A stretch of DNA of 64,000 nucleotides from Octopus vulgaris (taxonomy: Eukaryota): assembly GCA_951406725.2 (NCBI GenBank), contig OX597814.1, forward strand, positions 205,840,001-205,904,000, given 5' to 3'. This document shows positions 27,466 to 39,075 of the stretch, one piece after another. A program made the position numbers and the translations under genes. Positions within the stretch are counted from its first letter, which is position 1. Each line of letters opens with the position of its first letter. The notes under the pieces were generated by a model, which worked only from the letters and a program-made list of their open reading frames with translations, made no database searches and was not told the DNA's origin.

Positions 27466-29704
27466 TCATTCTTCAAATAAGTTTAATTGTTTGGATCATT
27501 TTATCTAACATGGTTATTGTTAACCTACGATCTGCATTTACTATAGACAAAAATTTAGGTATCATAGACGTCATCAATATCAAAGTAATCTTTGTGAATG
27601 CTGATAAGTTCAATTCTTCTCGTCTTATTATATTGTTGCAAGCAAAGAAAAAGATTACGATTAGAAACAATTTTACAATGGATTTACCAATCTCGTAATC
27701 TCAATGGAAAATGATGGTAAATAATTGTCTTGAACAAACTTGGCATCTATGAATTCTTCCCCATATTTTGACTGAACTAAATTTGGACGAAGACTTTTGG
27801 TGAAGCTTTATGGATTCCAAGCAGAATGAAGTCATACTGTTTCTGAATAGCTTTTATAATTGCAGTACCATAGAGAAGAAACATGGAAACAAACCATATA
27901 TCACCAACAGTATCAGGCTTAGCAAGTACTGCAACAGTTATTGAAAATACATACTCGCAAAGGATACCAAAACTTACTGCAAATATATAGATTGAATAAA
28001 TTCCCCATACTATAAAACATAGGAAACGATATGAATGTTAAAATGAAAGCAATAATCTTGAAAATATAGTTAGGATTCAAATACAGGGAGTAAATATAAA
28101 CTCTGAAATAACTTAATGGTAAAGTTAAAATCAGATAAACAAATGGGATTCCATAATAAACGAGGCATAGAAATAATTCGCAGACAGAAAATACAGCAAA
28201 TAAAATTGTAATGGAAACAAAGAACCAAAGCGCAATGAATCGCCAGAAAATATTTCTCCTGTAGTAATATAACCAAATTTTCTTTATACGATTTGAATCC
28301 AAGTATAAATTATTAAATACCAGAAATTTGGGTTTAAAGCAGTAGAAATATTAGCTTTCATTACTTGCATAGAGTAGATCATAATCCTGTAGTGTAGAAA
28401 CATTTAAAACTGCCATACTTCTCTAATAATCTCTTATTTTGAATGAGAAACGTGAAAGTGGATCTTTGATGTAATGTATTATAAGCGATAGTCTCACTTG
28501 TTCGACTGGGAAGAACAAAGAGAATAAAGCTGAAAAAATATGTAGACCGTGAACCACAAAAACGGACCCCCCATGAAGTCATCTGTATTGTCGTAACTTT
28601 CTGTTATTCCTAATATTAGGGCGCGATAGCCCAATGGGATAAACCATCTTGGTAAAGAATTTCTATTGTTTCATATAAAAAGAAGTAATGCATCAAAAGA
28701 TCCAGAAAGATTACTGAAAGAGAAAATAGAATACAAAGGAATCTTCTTAGTCTTGAGGCAAAGAAAGAGGAATTGTGGAAACAAAATACCCAAGACAGAA
28801 AATGTGAGAATGTGTAAATATTATGTTTTACATTGATCCACTCGGATTTGTATGGTAATGTGTTTTTAATTGTAAATATGAATTCATCGTGAGCAAACAG
28901 TGGCAGATTGAGTTGACGGGAATGTGAAAGGTACTTTCGCTTTTGATACGAAACTAATGAGTAATGGTGAATATAGCCCACAAAACGGCTCCGGCGATAC
29001 GTGCTAAATTCTGAAACATAGCATTCTCAATAATTTTTCCTGAACAAATAGATTTGGAGTGATAAAAATAGCTTCCATTTTTATAGAGTTTACAGCAATA
29101 GTTCTTCAACAGTTCTCGATTATTACCAATTCTTTTGTTGGCTTCAAATGTGCCAGGGCTGTTCTTCTTCATGTCTTGAGACAAATTTATATAAAAACAC
29201 ATGTATCCAGATTCTCCCATTTGCAATTTGTCCATAAATATGATTCTTTTCAATGCGTCGAATATCAAATATATTAAATCGTGTCTCTGAATATTTTGTT
29301 TTCCACAAGTGATATTGATATCAATCCTTTGTTTAGCAACGTAGACGTCCAACATATTAAAAGTATGCATTGAAAAATCATAGGGGAAAGTTTTATATAG
29401 AGTTAAAGCGCCTGATTTAACTGGAATCCACGTAAAACTCCTCGCATTCGCAAAATAATCCAATGGCACAGGATTAAGAAGTTCATCAAGTGTCTTGTTT
29501 GATAAATGGACTTCAAAATTGAAAACCTCTTTTTCTAATTTTACTAAACGAGATAAAATCTCACCGATATTGGGAGGGATTTTAACTTCACAATCATTGC
29601 CGAGTTCCTTCGCATCGATGTTTAGTGAATGTCAGTGTGATAATAAGAATGATTGAAAGAATAAGAGAACTGGTTGCTGTTGTTGTCGTCTGCACGGCAG
29701 CCAT
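27466..29704 (-). pseudogene. Paralog 1 of the 740-aa membrane protein, multiply frameshifted (pseudogene or assembly errors)
   Basis: Collinear from ATG (29704) to TGA (27466) with the two intact copies. 2239 bp versus 2223 bp, from many single-base insertions. Confidence 0.85.
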
Positions 29705-29714
29705 ATTTGGTTAT

Positions 29715-29745
29715 CTGTAAAAATATGAAAAAACAAAGCATATTA
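29715..29745 (-). promoter_or_regulatory. Putative 3' splice acceptor 10 nt upstream of the ATG (paralog 1)
   Basis: Minus strand TTTGTTTTTTCATATTTTTACAG|ATAACCAAATATG. Confidence 0.6.
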
Positions 29746-30769
29746 AGTAATGAAGATTCAACTCCGTTTCTTTATTTCATAGACATTTGCACTGTTACGA
29801 AATAATCATAAGTGTTGTGGTCAATGTATCTGAGAAATCAATGCATTTTTCTGTTGCCGACTACCTCTTTTATGGTTAAACATATCCCCGTTTCAAGGTC
29901 GAATATTTTCTATTCAACGGTTGCAGGATATTTTCTATTGCATTTTTGATACTACCTAGTTCAAGGTATTAAAATTAGCATCATAACTGAATCAAGTTAT
30001 ATTTGAACTGAAAATACGGAGGTTTGAATGTAGATGGTAAAGATATATGAAATGAGTATGAATTTCATTTCAAAACAGATTCAAAATGGAACGCTAAGAA
30101 ATGACCATGTATGAGTACGTTTCTAGTAGACCTGAAGATGATAGTAACACAGAGATGAAACGAAGCCCTTTTGGACTCATGACCGATACATCACACTAGG
30201 CTTCGAAAGGTACGCATTTACAGTCCAAGAACGGGAGATTGCTACTAAATACCTAATCAATAAAAGAGACATTGAAGCCATTGGCGTTCTAAGGGGCAGC
30301 TGAAAATATAGATGAATCATCGTCATCATCATTATCATCGTCGTCGCCGTCATCATCATCCTTGTTATCTGCATCATAATCGTCATCATTTCACGTCTGC
30401 TTTTCATGCTGGCATGGTTTGGACGGTTTGACAGGAGCTGGCTAGGCAAAAGCCTGCACAAGACTTCAGTGTATATTTTAGCATGGATTTTAGGGCTGGA
30501 TGCTTTTCCTAACCAACAGGCCGGAAGAGTGTCTTTTACGTGGCCCCAGCACAGAGTAGGTCAGTTTTGGCATGATTTTTACAGCTGGATGCCCTTCGAA
30601 AATACCAACCACTTCACAGTGTGGATTGGTGGCTCTTTACCTGGCACCAACATTTGCAGGGTCACCAAGTAATTTGCAAGACAAATATTCTTTCAGACGG
30701 GGAGGGAGCATTGGAAGAAGTGATGTTGTGCCAGATGAAGAGAGGTTGGTTGTGACAGAAACAGGTGTG

Positions 30770-30975
30770 CATTCATGCTAAGGTAAGCGTAACAAGTCAG
30801 ATATTGTTGTCTGGGACAGAAAAGAAAAAGAATGTACCGTCGTACAGATCGGTTGCCCTGCTGATGGGAATATCTCTTTGAAAATCAAAAACAAAGAAGC
30901 TAATTATGGACAAATGCATTGTAACTTCCAGCTTCTATATCCAGATTACGAATTTGCATTCATACGAATAATAAT
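30770..30975 (+). mobile_element. RLE retrotransposon fragment (related piece at ~40980-41215)
   Basis: NKSDIVVWDRKEKECTVVQIGCPAD...; same family as 7400-9150. Confidence 0.7.
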
Positions 30976-31235
30976 CCTTTCTACATTAGGCCTGAAATAT
31001 TTGCGGGAGGAGCACCTCGATTACATCGAAAGAGATACTTGAATACACAAAAAGCTCAGCCAAGAATTAAGAATTAGTTAGAATGTTTTAGAAAAATGCA
31101 AGATACTGTGCAATAACGCAGCCCTGTTGAAATGTTTGAGGAAATGCAAACACCAGAAATATATGACTACACAGCGAAAGAAAACGTTCGATATTCTGCG
31201 GCCCGGAAGGATTAAAACCGAAACCTTTTCTGTAG

Positions 31236-32505
31236 ATGAATGAAACAGTTCTTGGAGTTCTAATATATTCCAGTTATCTTAGGTTACCCCTCACAAGAAA
31301 CCACTGGTCAAGTGACGAAAGATCTGGGTGTACCATTAATCAAAACTGCTATTACAAGAAATCCACTCCAGCATCTTTAAAGCACCATTCACTTCAGAAT
31401 AACGAAAATTGGGAGGAGAATAGAGATGATAATGGTTACGTACGTCGTTCTATCTTTACCATGATTCAGAATTCCTTCAAGAGATTCGAAATTTGTGAAA
31501 AGAGTCTGTCAGTCGATGTAATAATGGTCAACTACTATTGGGGCATAATTCACTCAAACAATTTATAAAAGGGAAACCCATAAGATTTCGTTAAAAATTT
31601 TGGGCATTGTGCTGTGTTTCAGGATTTTGTTACAACTTTGATCTGTATTGAGGCAAGAGAATTCAAAAAGGACCCGAAGACGATCTTCCACTTGGAAGGA
31701 AAGTTTCTTGGAGTGGTAGATGATCCTCGGTCACATTCCGTATATTTTGATAATATATTCACAAAGTATGATCTGTTAGTACACCTCGGGCAAATGGGAT
31801 TTGATGCAACCGCTACGAGAGATAATTGTCTCAAGAGATGTCCTCTAAAGGAAAGAGCATTGATGAGAAAGGAGCCAAGATGTTCATATGATTATAGATT
31901 TGAAATCAATGATGAAATCTTTGTAGTTAGTTGGCTTGACACTAAATGTTTGAGAATTGTGACTAATCCTGATTCAGTCGAACCCATTTGCAATGTACAA
32001 CGCTAGAGTAAAGGAAGTAAAAGCAAAGGCAATGTGACCCGACCCCATGTTTGCGGCTCATATAACAATTGCATGGGTGGAGTTGACAAGCCCGACTGGT
32101 TGGTGTCAAAATGTGCAACCTCAATTAGACGCATAAAGTGGTGCAGACCATTGTTGGCTAGAGTTATTGATAGGACTGTTGTCAATGCATGGACTATTTA
32201 CAAACTGATCAACGAGGGAAAGGAGGAAACATAAATATTTACTCGATTTCAGGAGATATCTATGCGTTTCATATCTAAAGCTCTCCACTGCTAAGCAATC
32301 TGAACAATAAACAAAGACGATCACACCATCCACACCAATTGCTGACGTTCAATTTGATTTGAAAGGCCATATAATAGCTAAACGAGATCAGCAACGACGT
32401 TGTCAAAATAAGTCGTACAACAGGAAACCACTAAATTATTGTGAAAAGAGCAACGTCACCCTGAGTCTACACTGTTTTGGCCCATTTCCTCAAGGCATAG
32501 TCTTA
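31236..32505 (+). mobile_element. piggyBac (PGBD2/3-like) transposase remnant
   Basis: LSVDVIMVNYY, GKPIRF..KFWALC, VYFDNIFT, YNNCMGGVDK, RIKWCRPL, VVNAWTIY; frameshifted. Confidence 0.85.
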
Positions 32506-32826
32506 TAAATTGATTTCCTTCAATCTTGTTTTTTTGTATGATTTTTATTTCAATCTTTAATTGTATCGTATTTATTGTATTTCAGTCTATTATTTCGCTG
32601 TATTCTTTCAAAAACTTTAGCCATTTTACATACAAATTTTAATACCAATAGAATATATTAACAGATAACATATGAGGGATTTTGAATTTATGAAAGTATC
32701 ACATTGAGCCAGGGTCCTCTTTATGGAAAACCCGTGTATTTCCATTTCTACTTGAAGTAAAGCAGTTTTTATAATTGATTTTTATTATCTTACCCTTTTT
32801 TTCAATAATCTTTGAAAATTTAAAAG

Positions 32827-32926
32827 NNNNNNNNNNNNNNNNNNNNNNNNNNNNNNNNNNNNNNNNNNNNNNNNNNNNNNNNNNNNNNNNNNNNNNNNNN
32901 NNNNNNNNNNNNNNNNNNNNNNNNNN
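32827..32926. other. Assembly gap (100 N)
   Basis: Run of N. Confidence 1.
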
Positions 32927-32953
32927 CATCAAGCCATCAATTACAAACGTACA

Positions 32954-34865
32954 GTGTATAATACTGTCCCACTGAATATGGCCAATAATATTCAAAAACG
33001 CCACTGGGTTGAAAATGAAATCACTGCACTGATTAACACTTGGTACACTCACCACAACGAAGCTAATGTTTACAGTAAAATAGCTGAAAAATTAGCAAAA
33101 CAATCCTTTCACAGATCTGTAAAACAGATCGAAAATCAAATAAAAGAGATTGTAAGAACATTTCCTATTTTCCACACGCACATGGCAACACTAGAAGCCA
33201 TCCTTGTCAATGAATGTACTGCACCAAATGACCCAACTCCAACAGGTCAGGGGTCACTTCAACGACCCGATAGCCAGCAACAAACATCTGACCTAATTCC
33301 ACCCATTCCACCCAACACTACCTTGGCAAGCCAGGACTCACTATCACAACAACAAGAGCCTGCTTCTGCTACTACATCACCAGTATCTGAGCAGATTCCA
33401 CCCAGCCCTACTGTTGCAAGTCAAGTTTCACTGCTGCTACAGCAACAACAACAACAACAACAACAACACTCTGCTACTTCAGCCAGAATAGAAAAACCAC
33501 TACTACACCCATATCAAACACCCTGCCGTTACTATTTTCAAGGCAACTGTAGATTTGGCCCCAGCGGCTCCAACAACAAGGGACGCTGTGCTTTTTTCCA
33601 TCCTACCTTATGTCGTAGACTTGTTAAGGGCACCTGTTCATATGGTATAACAGGAAAAAACTGCCCTCACCTCCACCCCAAATACTGTCCTAAATACAGA
33701 GTCCATGGTCCTGATCCCAAATATGGATGCACAAAAGGCAATGGATGCACCTTCTTCCATCCTAAACTGTGCCAAACTTCTGAGTCACTAAGGATGTGCC
33801 TGAACCCAGAATGCACCCACCACCATCTGAAGGGCACAAAACGATCGCAAAATAAATATAAACAGCAACAGAGGAGATCTACGACAACAACAAAAACAAA
33901 ATTCAACCACGTTTCCCCTCCTACAATCAAACAACGAAGACAGAACCATGAAAAAACCGTAACACCAAATAACATAAACATGAAATATGTATCCTCTGAC
34001 CAAGTGGCAAACCAAAGTGATAACTCTTTTTTACTGACTTACCTAGAAATTATGAAGGCCGACCTAAGCCAGGAGCTATCAGACCGAAATAAGCGAGGGA
34101 CAGCCATCTTTATCCATGACTCCTTTTCACTTGATGCTAAGGACATATTTTCCAATGGCTATTGTGAATCTGTATCACTATTCAGCAAGGCCAAGGACAT
34201 AATCATTTTTGGTCTTTACAGGCCTCCCCAAGCACCTCTAAATTGCTTTGAAGAGTGCCTTAGCAAAGTCAAGTCCTTCCTTCGGAAGTACAACTCCGGA
34301 AACATACTAGTGATGGGTGATTTTAACCTCCCTCATGTGAACTGGCCCACAAATACTGGAAGTTAGGCAAATGCTCTACATCAGATAGAGCAGCAGCAGA
34401 ACTGCTCTTTAATCTAATGGATGAATACTTCCTGACTCAGCTAGTGCTCGAACCAACGAGACAGAATAAAACGATCTTGGATCTGGTATTGACCAATCAC
34501 TCTAGATTCGTTCACAGTATTTCAGTTGAAAAAACTCTCCTCTCAGACCACGACATGGTACTCTGCAATTTTAATTCCCGACATATAAAAACCAAACCAG
34601 CCAATCCCACTCCATGGCACTCATTTGACAACATAAACTTTCACAAAGCGGACTAGGGAGCAATCAGAAAGGATCTGTCTTTCATCGACTGGTATTTTAC
34701 TCTCAATTCCACCCATATTGAGACCGCATGGCAGCACTTTGAAAACATTATCACCTAATTATACAACATTATACATGCTCTAAACACGCTCCCACAAAAT
34801 CTACTAACACAAACAGAAACCGGTTCCCTAAAAAGAAAAAAAAACACTCATCTAAGTTTTTTTTA
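32954..34865 (+). mobile_element. CR1-group LINE remnant: ORF1 (Myb/SANT-trihelix-like plus tandem CCCH fingers) in frame with a partial AP endonuclease
   Basis: WVENEITALINTW...RSVKQIENQIKEI; CRYYFQGNC...CAFFHP, CRRLVKGTC...CPHLHP, CPKY...CTFFHP, CQTS...CTHHH; then GLYRPP, MGDFNLP, EPTR, LDLVLTN, SDH. Ends in ATCTAAGTTTT plus (TA)n. Confidence 0.8.
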
Positions 34866-35019
34866 CATATATATATATATATTTATTTATATTATATAGA
34901 GGGTACTATTATTCATAGGTACCGCACGCTAGGATGGACACTTGCAGTCAAAACTACTAAAATAAACAAATTGTACCGAATGCAAAACTTCAAAGCAAGT
35001 CATTTAAAAACAGAATTTA

Positions 35020-35083
35020 GTTACATATCACCTGTGATTTCGCAATCAATGCAGAATATGCATTCTATGCTCTTCAGTGAAAC
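35020..35083 (-). ncRNA. Hammerhead ribozyme-like motif inside a ~400-bp (TA)n-flanked element (~34895-35290)
   Basis: Minus strand GTTTCA-CTGAAGA-GCA...TGC-GAAA-TCACAGGTGA-TA-TGTAAC. Stem I has one mismatch; stem III is TCAC/GTGA. Confidence 0.7.
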
Positions 35084-35288
35084 GAACTCAAGACATGTAA
35101 TGAAAAAACACAATATAGCATACCCGACAGCCAACCGTAGAATTCGTCGTAGCATGTACGTATGTTTATCTTTACATATCTATGAAAATGGCGGGCTTAT
35201 TCGCAATGCATTTCGGTTACAATCTGCCTATTCGAGGTTTTTCACGCTAACTACTGATAATTTCTTATAAAGATTTTATCCTTAATTT

Positions 35289-35357
<69 letters not shown>

Positions 35358-35360
<3 letters not shown>

Positions 35361-36655
35361 CTGAGAGCGAGATATTCACATAGGCGGCGGATACAGGAGT
35401 TCTGAAAATATATTTTCCAAATACAGTACTTACTAGATGTAGAGATGCGCTGGATTCAGGATGGAGACGGCAAAAACGGCTGTGGCACCGAGGATATGTA
35501 TATAATCTTTTATTCTTTTACATGTTTAAATCATTTCACTGCGGCCATACAGCAGCACCGTCTTCTTGATGAGTGTGTGTTTGTTTGCTTGTGTGTCAGT
35601 GTCTGTGTATGTGTGTGTGTGTGTGTGTAAGAGTCTTTCTAAATATGCTTGATATTGTCCCAATGTTTAATGAAAGTTCTTCTAAAATTTTATTGTGTCT
35701 GGGTTTTACTCATTCTCTTTTAGTGTTTTTTTCATTACTTTTGAAAGTTATTAACTGTTTAAAAGTTATTTAGAGAATAGAATGTCACAAAGCCTTTGTC
35801 TGTATTTTGTATGTAACCGCTTTCATTGTTGAACTTCTACAAAACACATGTTCTGGGGTAATGCGTGTAGAGAAAGTTGTTTTTGTTTATGGGGTTGACG
35901 ATTTCGGGTTTAGCTTCAGATTGAGAAGACTTATGCAGTGCCTTTCATAGCTGGACATTTTCGTCTTATATTTTGTAAAAAGGGAATATTTTCTATTTTC
36001 CATTTGCACAAATGTTTACATGTTTATTACGTGGACAATTTCTAAAAGATGAATTTTTAATTTACTATTTGAGGACGTTGACACGGTTGGTGAAATTTGT
36101 TTCTGTTCCTCCAATGTAATTCTCGTCGAATTGTAGGCAAGTAATGCAGAAGATGTGACGTTTTGTTTTGAAATTCATGTTTGCATTCATTTGCAATTCC
36201 TTTAAATTCTTGATTTTGAGGGTTGTTCATTTTTCAATTCTTTTAACAGACCCAACAATGAGTCTCAACTATTTGAGTAATACACACATATACACACACC
36301 CTCCCACAACCACACCCTCATTTACACACACAAATACGGAAATGCTTTGAGGGAAGTATGACAAAGCGCCCAGAGACATGGATTCCGAGAAGAAAGACAA
36401 ACAACGTTATAGTCGATATCAAAATAAATTCTTTATTCGATTCGAAACAAAATAAACAAAAACCTGGATTAAACCAGACAGAAAGAAAATATTAAGCAAT
36501 GAAGAATTGTTTTTCAGATTGTACATTTAGATGTATATATGTGCGTGTGCGTGTGCATGTAAGTCGATAAATGAAATACCAGTGAAATACTGGAGTCGAT
36601 ATAATCGACTAGTGAACGCCCCACAAATTTGAGTGTTTATGTCTCCACTAGAAAG

Positions 36656-36657
<2 letters not shown>
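35358..36657. repeat. 3' flank of paralog 2 (duplicate of 18145-19445)
   Basis: Near-identical sequence. Confidence 0.95.
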
Positions 36658-36695
<38 letters not shown>

Positions 36696-36816
36696 ATTAT
36701 TATTATTATTATTATTATGTTATACAGTGTAGTTAATAATCCATAAAGCACACTTATGTACTTTTCATCGTATCGAAGAATATCAAATAACTTGATAAAC
36801 TTCTCCGTGATGTATT

Positions 36817-39039
36817 TCATTCTTCAAATAAGTTTATTGTTTGGATCATTTTATCTAACATGGTTATTGTTAACCTACGATCTGCATTTACTATAGACAA
36901 AAATTTAGGCATCATAGACGTCATCAATATCAAAGTAATCTTTGTGAATGCTGATAAGTTCAAGTCTTCTCGACTTATTATATTGTTGCAAGCAAAGAAA
37001 AAGGTTACGATTAGAAACAATTTTACAATGGATTTACCAATTTCGTATCTCAATGGAAAATGATGGTAAATAATTGTCTTGAACAAACTGGCATCCATGA
37101 ATTCTTCCCCATATTTTGACTGAACTAAATTTGGACGAAGACTTTTGGCGAGCTTTATGGATTCAAGCAAAATGAAGTCATACTGTTTCTGAATAGCTTT
37201 TATAATTGCAGTACCATAGAGAAGAAACATGGAAACAAACCATATATCACCAACAGTATCAGGCTTAGCAAGTACTGCAACAGTTATTGAAAATACATAC
37301 ACGCAAACGATACCAAAACTTAATGCAAATATATAGATTGAATAAATTCCCCATACTATAAAACATAGAAACGATATGAATGTTAAAATGAAAGCAATAA
37401 TCTTGAAAATATAGTTAGGATTCAAATACAGGGGAAAAATATAAACTCTGAAATAACTTAATGGTAAAGTTAAAATCAGATAAACAAATGGGATTCCATA
37501 ATAAACGAGGCATAGAAATAATTCGCAGACAGAAAATACAGCAAATAAAATTGTGATGGAAATAAAGAGCCAAAGTGTAATGAATTGCCAGAAAATATTT
37601 CTCCTGCAGTAATATAACCAAATTTTCTTTATACGTTTGAACCAAGTATAAATTATTAAATGCCAGAAATTTGGGTTTAAAGCTGTAGAAACATTAGCTT
37701 TTATTATTGCATAGAGTAGATCATAATCCTGTTGTGTAGAAACATTTAAACTGCCATACTTCTCTAATAATGTGATATTTTTTATCAGAAACGTGAAAGT
37801 GGATCTTTGATGTAGTGCATTATACGCGACAGTCTCACTTAAACGACTGGGAAGAACGAAGAGAATAAAGCTAAAAAATATATAGCCGATGAAGCACAAA
37901 AACGGACCCCCAAAGAAGCCATCTGTACTGTCATAACTTTCTGGTATTCCTAATATTAGGGCGCGATAGCCCAATGGTATACCATCTTGGTAAAGAATTT
38001 CTATTGTTTCATATAAAAAGAAGTTATGCATCAAAAGATCCAGAAAGATTACTGAAAGAGAAAATAGAATACAAAGGAATCTTCTTAGTCTTGAGGCAAA
38101 GAAAGAGGAATTGTGGAAACAAAATACCCAAGACAGAAAATGTGAGAATGTGTAAATATTATGTTTTACATTGATCCACTTTGATTTGTATGGTAATGTG
38201 TTTTTAATTGTAAATATGAATTCATCGTGAGCAAACAGTGGCAGATTGAGTTGACGGGAATGTGAAGGTACTTTCGCTTTTGATACGAAACTAATGAGTA
38301 ATGGTAATATAGCCCACAAAACGGCACCGGCGATACGTGCTAAATTCTGAAACATAGCATTCTCAATAATCTTTCCTGAACAAATAGATTTGGAGTGATA
38401 AAAATAGCTTCCATTTTTATAGAGTTTACAGCAATAGTTCTTCAACAGTTCTCGATTCATACCAATTCTTTTGTGAGCTTCAAATGTGCCAGGGCTGTTC
38501 TTCTTCATGTCTTGAGACAAATTTATATAAAAACACATGTATCCAGATTCTCCCATTTGCAGTTTGTCCATAAATATGATTCTTTTCAATGCGTCGAATA
38601 TCAAATATATTAAATCGTGTCTCTGAATATTTTGTTTTCCACAAGTGATATTGATATCAATCCTTTGTTTAGCAACGTAGACGTCCAACATATTAAAAGT
38701 GTGCATTGAAAAATCATAGGGGAAAGTTTTATATATAGTTAAAGCGCCTGATTTATCTGTAATCCACGTAAAACTCCTCGCATTTGCAAAATAATCCAAT
38801 GGCACAGGATTAAGAAGGTCATCAAGTGTCTTGTTTGATAAATGGACTTCAAAATTGAAAACCTCTTTTTCTAAGTTTACTAAACGAAATAAAATCTCAC
38901 TGATATTGGGAGGGATTTTAACTTCACAATCATTGCCGAGTTCCTTCGCATCGATGTTTAGTGATGTCAGTGTGATAATAAGAATGATTGAAAGAATAAG
39001 AGAACTGGTTGCTGTTATTGTCGTCTGCACGGCAGCCAT
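36817..39039 (-). CDS. Uncharacterised 740-aa multi-pass membrane protein, paralog 2 (single coding exon)
   Basis: Intact ORF. N-terminal hydrophobic signal (aa ~13-31); ectodomain with C38, C133, C169, C203, C204, C220 and NxS/T sites; about 9-10 hydrophobic segments from aa 234 to 717. Same length as paralog 3. Confidence 0.92.
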   Translation of the reverse strand: MAAVQTTITATSSLILSIILIITLTSLNIDAKELGNDCEVKIPPNISEILFRLVNLEKEVFNFEVHLSNKTLDDLLNPVPLDYFANARSFTWITDKSGALTIYKTFPYDFSMHTFNMLDVYVAKQRIDINITCGKQNIQRHDLIYLIFDALKRIIFMDKLQMGESGYMCFYINLSQDMKKNSPGTFEAHKRIGMNRELLKNYCCKLYKNGSYFYHSKSICSGKIIENAMFQNLARIAGAVLWAILPLLISFVSKAKVPSHSRQLNLPLFAHDEFIFTIKNTLPYKSKWINVKHNIYTFSHFLSWVFCFHNSSFFASRLRRFLCILFSLSVIFLDLLMHNFFLYETIEILYQDGIPLGYRALILGIPESYDSTDGFFGGPFLCFIGYIFFSFILFVLPSRLSETVAYNALHQRSTFTFLIKNITLLEKYGSLNVSTQQDYDLLYAIIKANVSTALNPNFWHLIIYTWFKRIKKIWLYYCRRNIFWQFITLWLFISITILFAVFSVCELFLCLVYYGIPFVYLILTLPLSYFRVYIFPLYLNPNYIFKIIAFILTFISFLCFIVWGIYSIYIFALSFGIVCVYVFSITVAVLAKPDTVGDIWFVSMFLLYGTAIIKAIQKQYDFILLESIKLAKSLRPNLVQSKYGEEFMDASLFKTIIYHHFPLRYEIGKSIVKLFLIVTFFFACNNIISREDLNLSAFTKITLILMTSMMPKFLSIVNADRRLTITMLDKMIQTINLFEE

Positions 39040-39049
39040 ATTTGGTTAT

Positions 39050-39075
39050 CTGTAAAAATATGATAAAACAAAGCA
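39050..39075 (-). promoter_or_regulatory. Putative 3' splice acceptor upstream of the paralog 2 ATG
   Basis: Minus strand TTTGTTTTATCATATTTTTACAG|ATAACCAAATATG, conserved in all three copies. Confidence 0.6.

Noticed and set aside
32954-34366. Host CCCH zinc-finger or trihelix transcription factor gene
   Set aside because: Runs into AP-endonuclease motifs and a LINE-type tail, with stops downstream; better explained as a retrotransposon.
36817-39039. Assignment as a cephalopod chemotactile receptor (Cys-loop) or GPCR
   Set aside because: No Cx13C loop or 4-TM layout, no recognisable GPCR motifs, and more than seven hydrophobic segments. Left unassigned pending profile searches.
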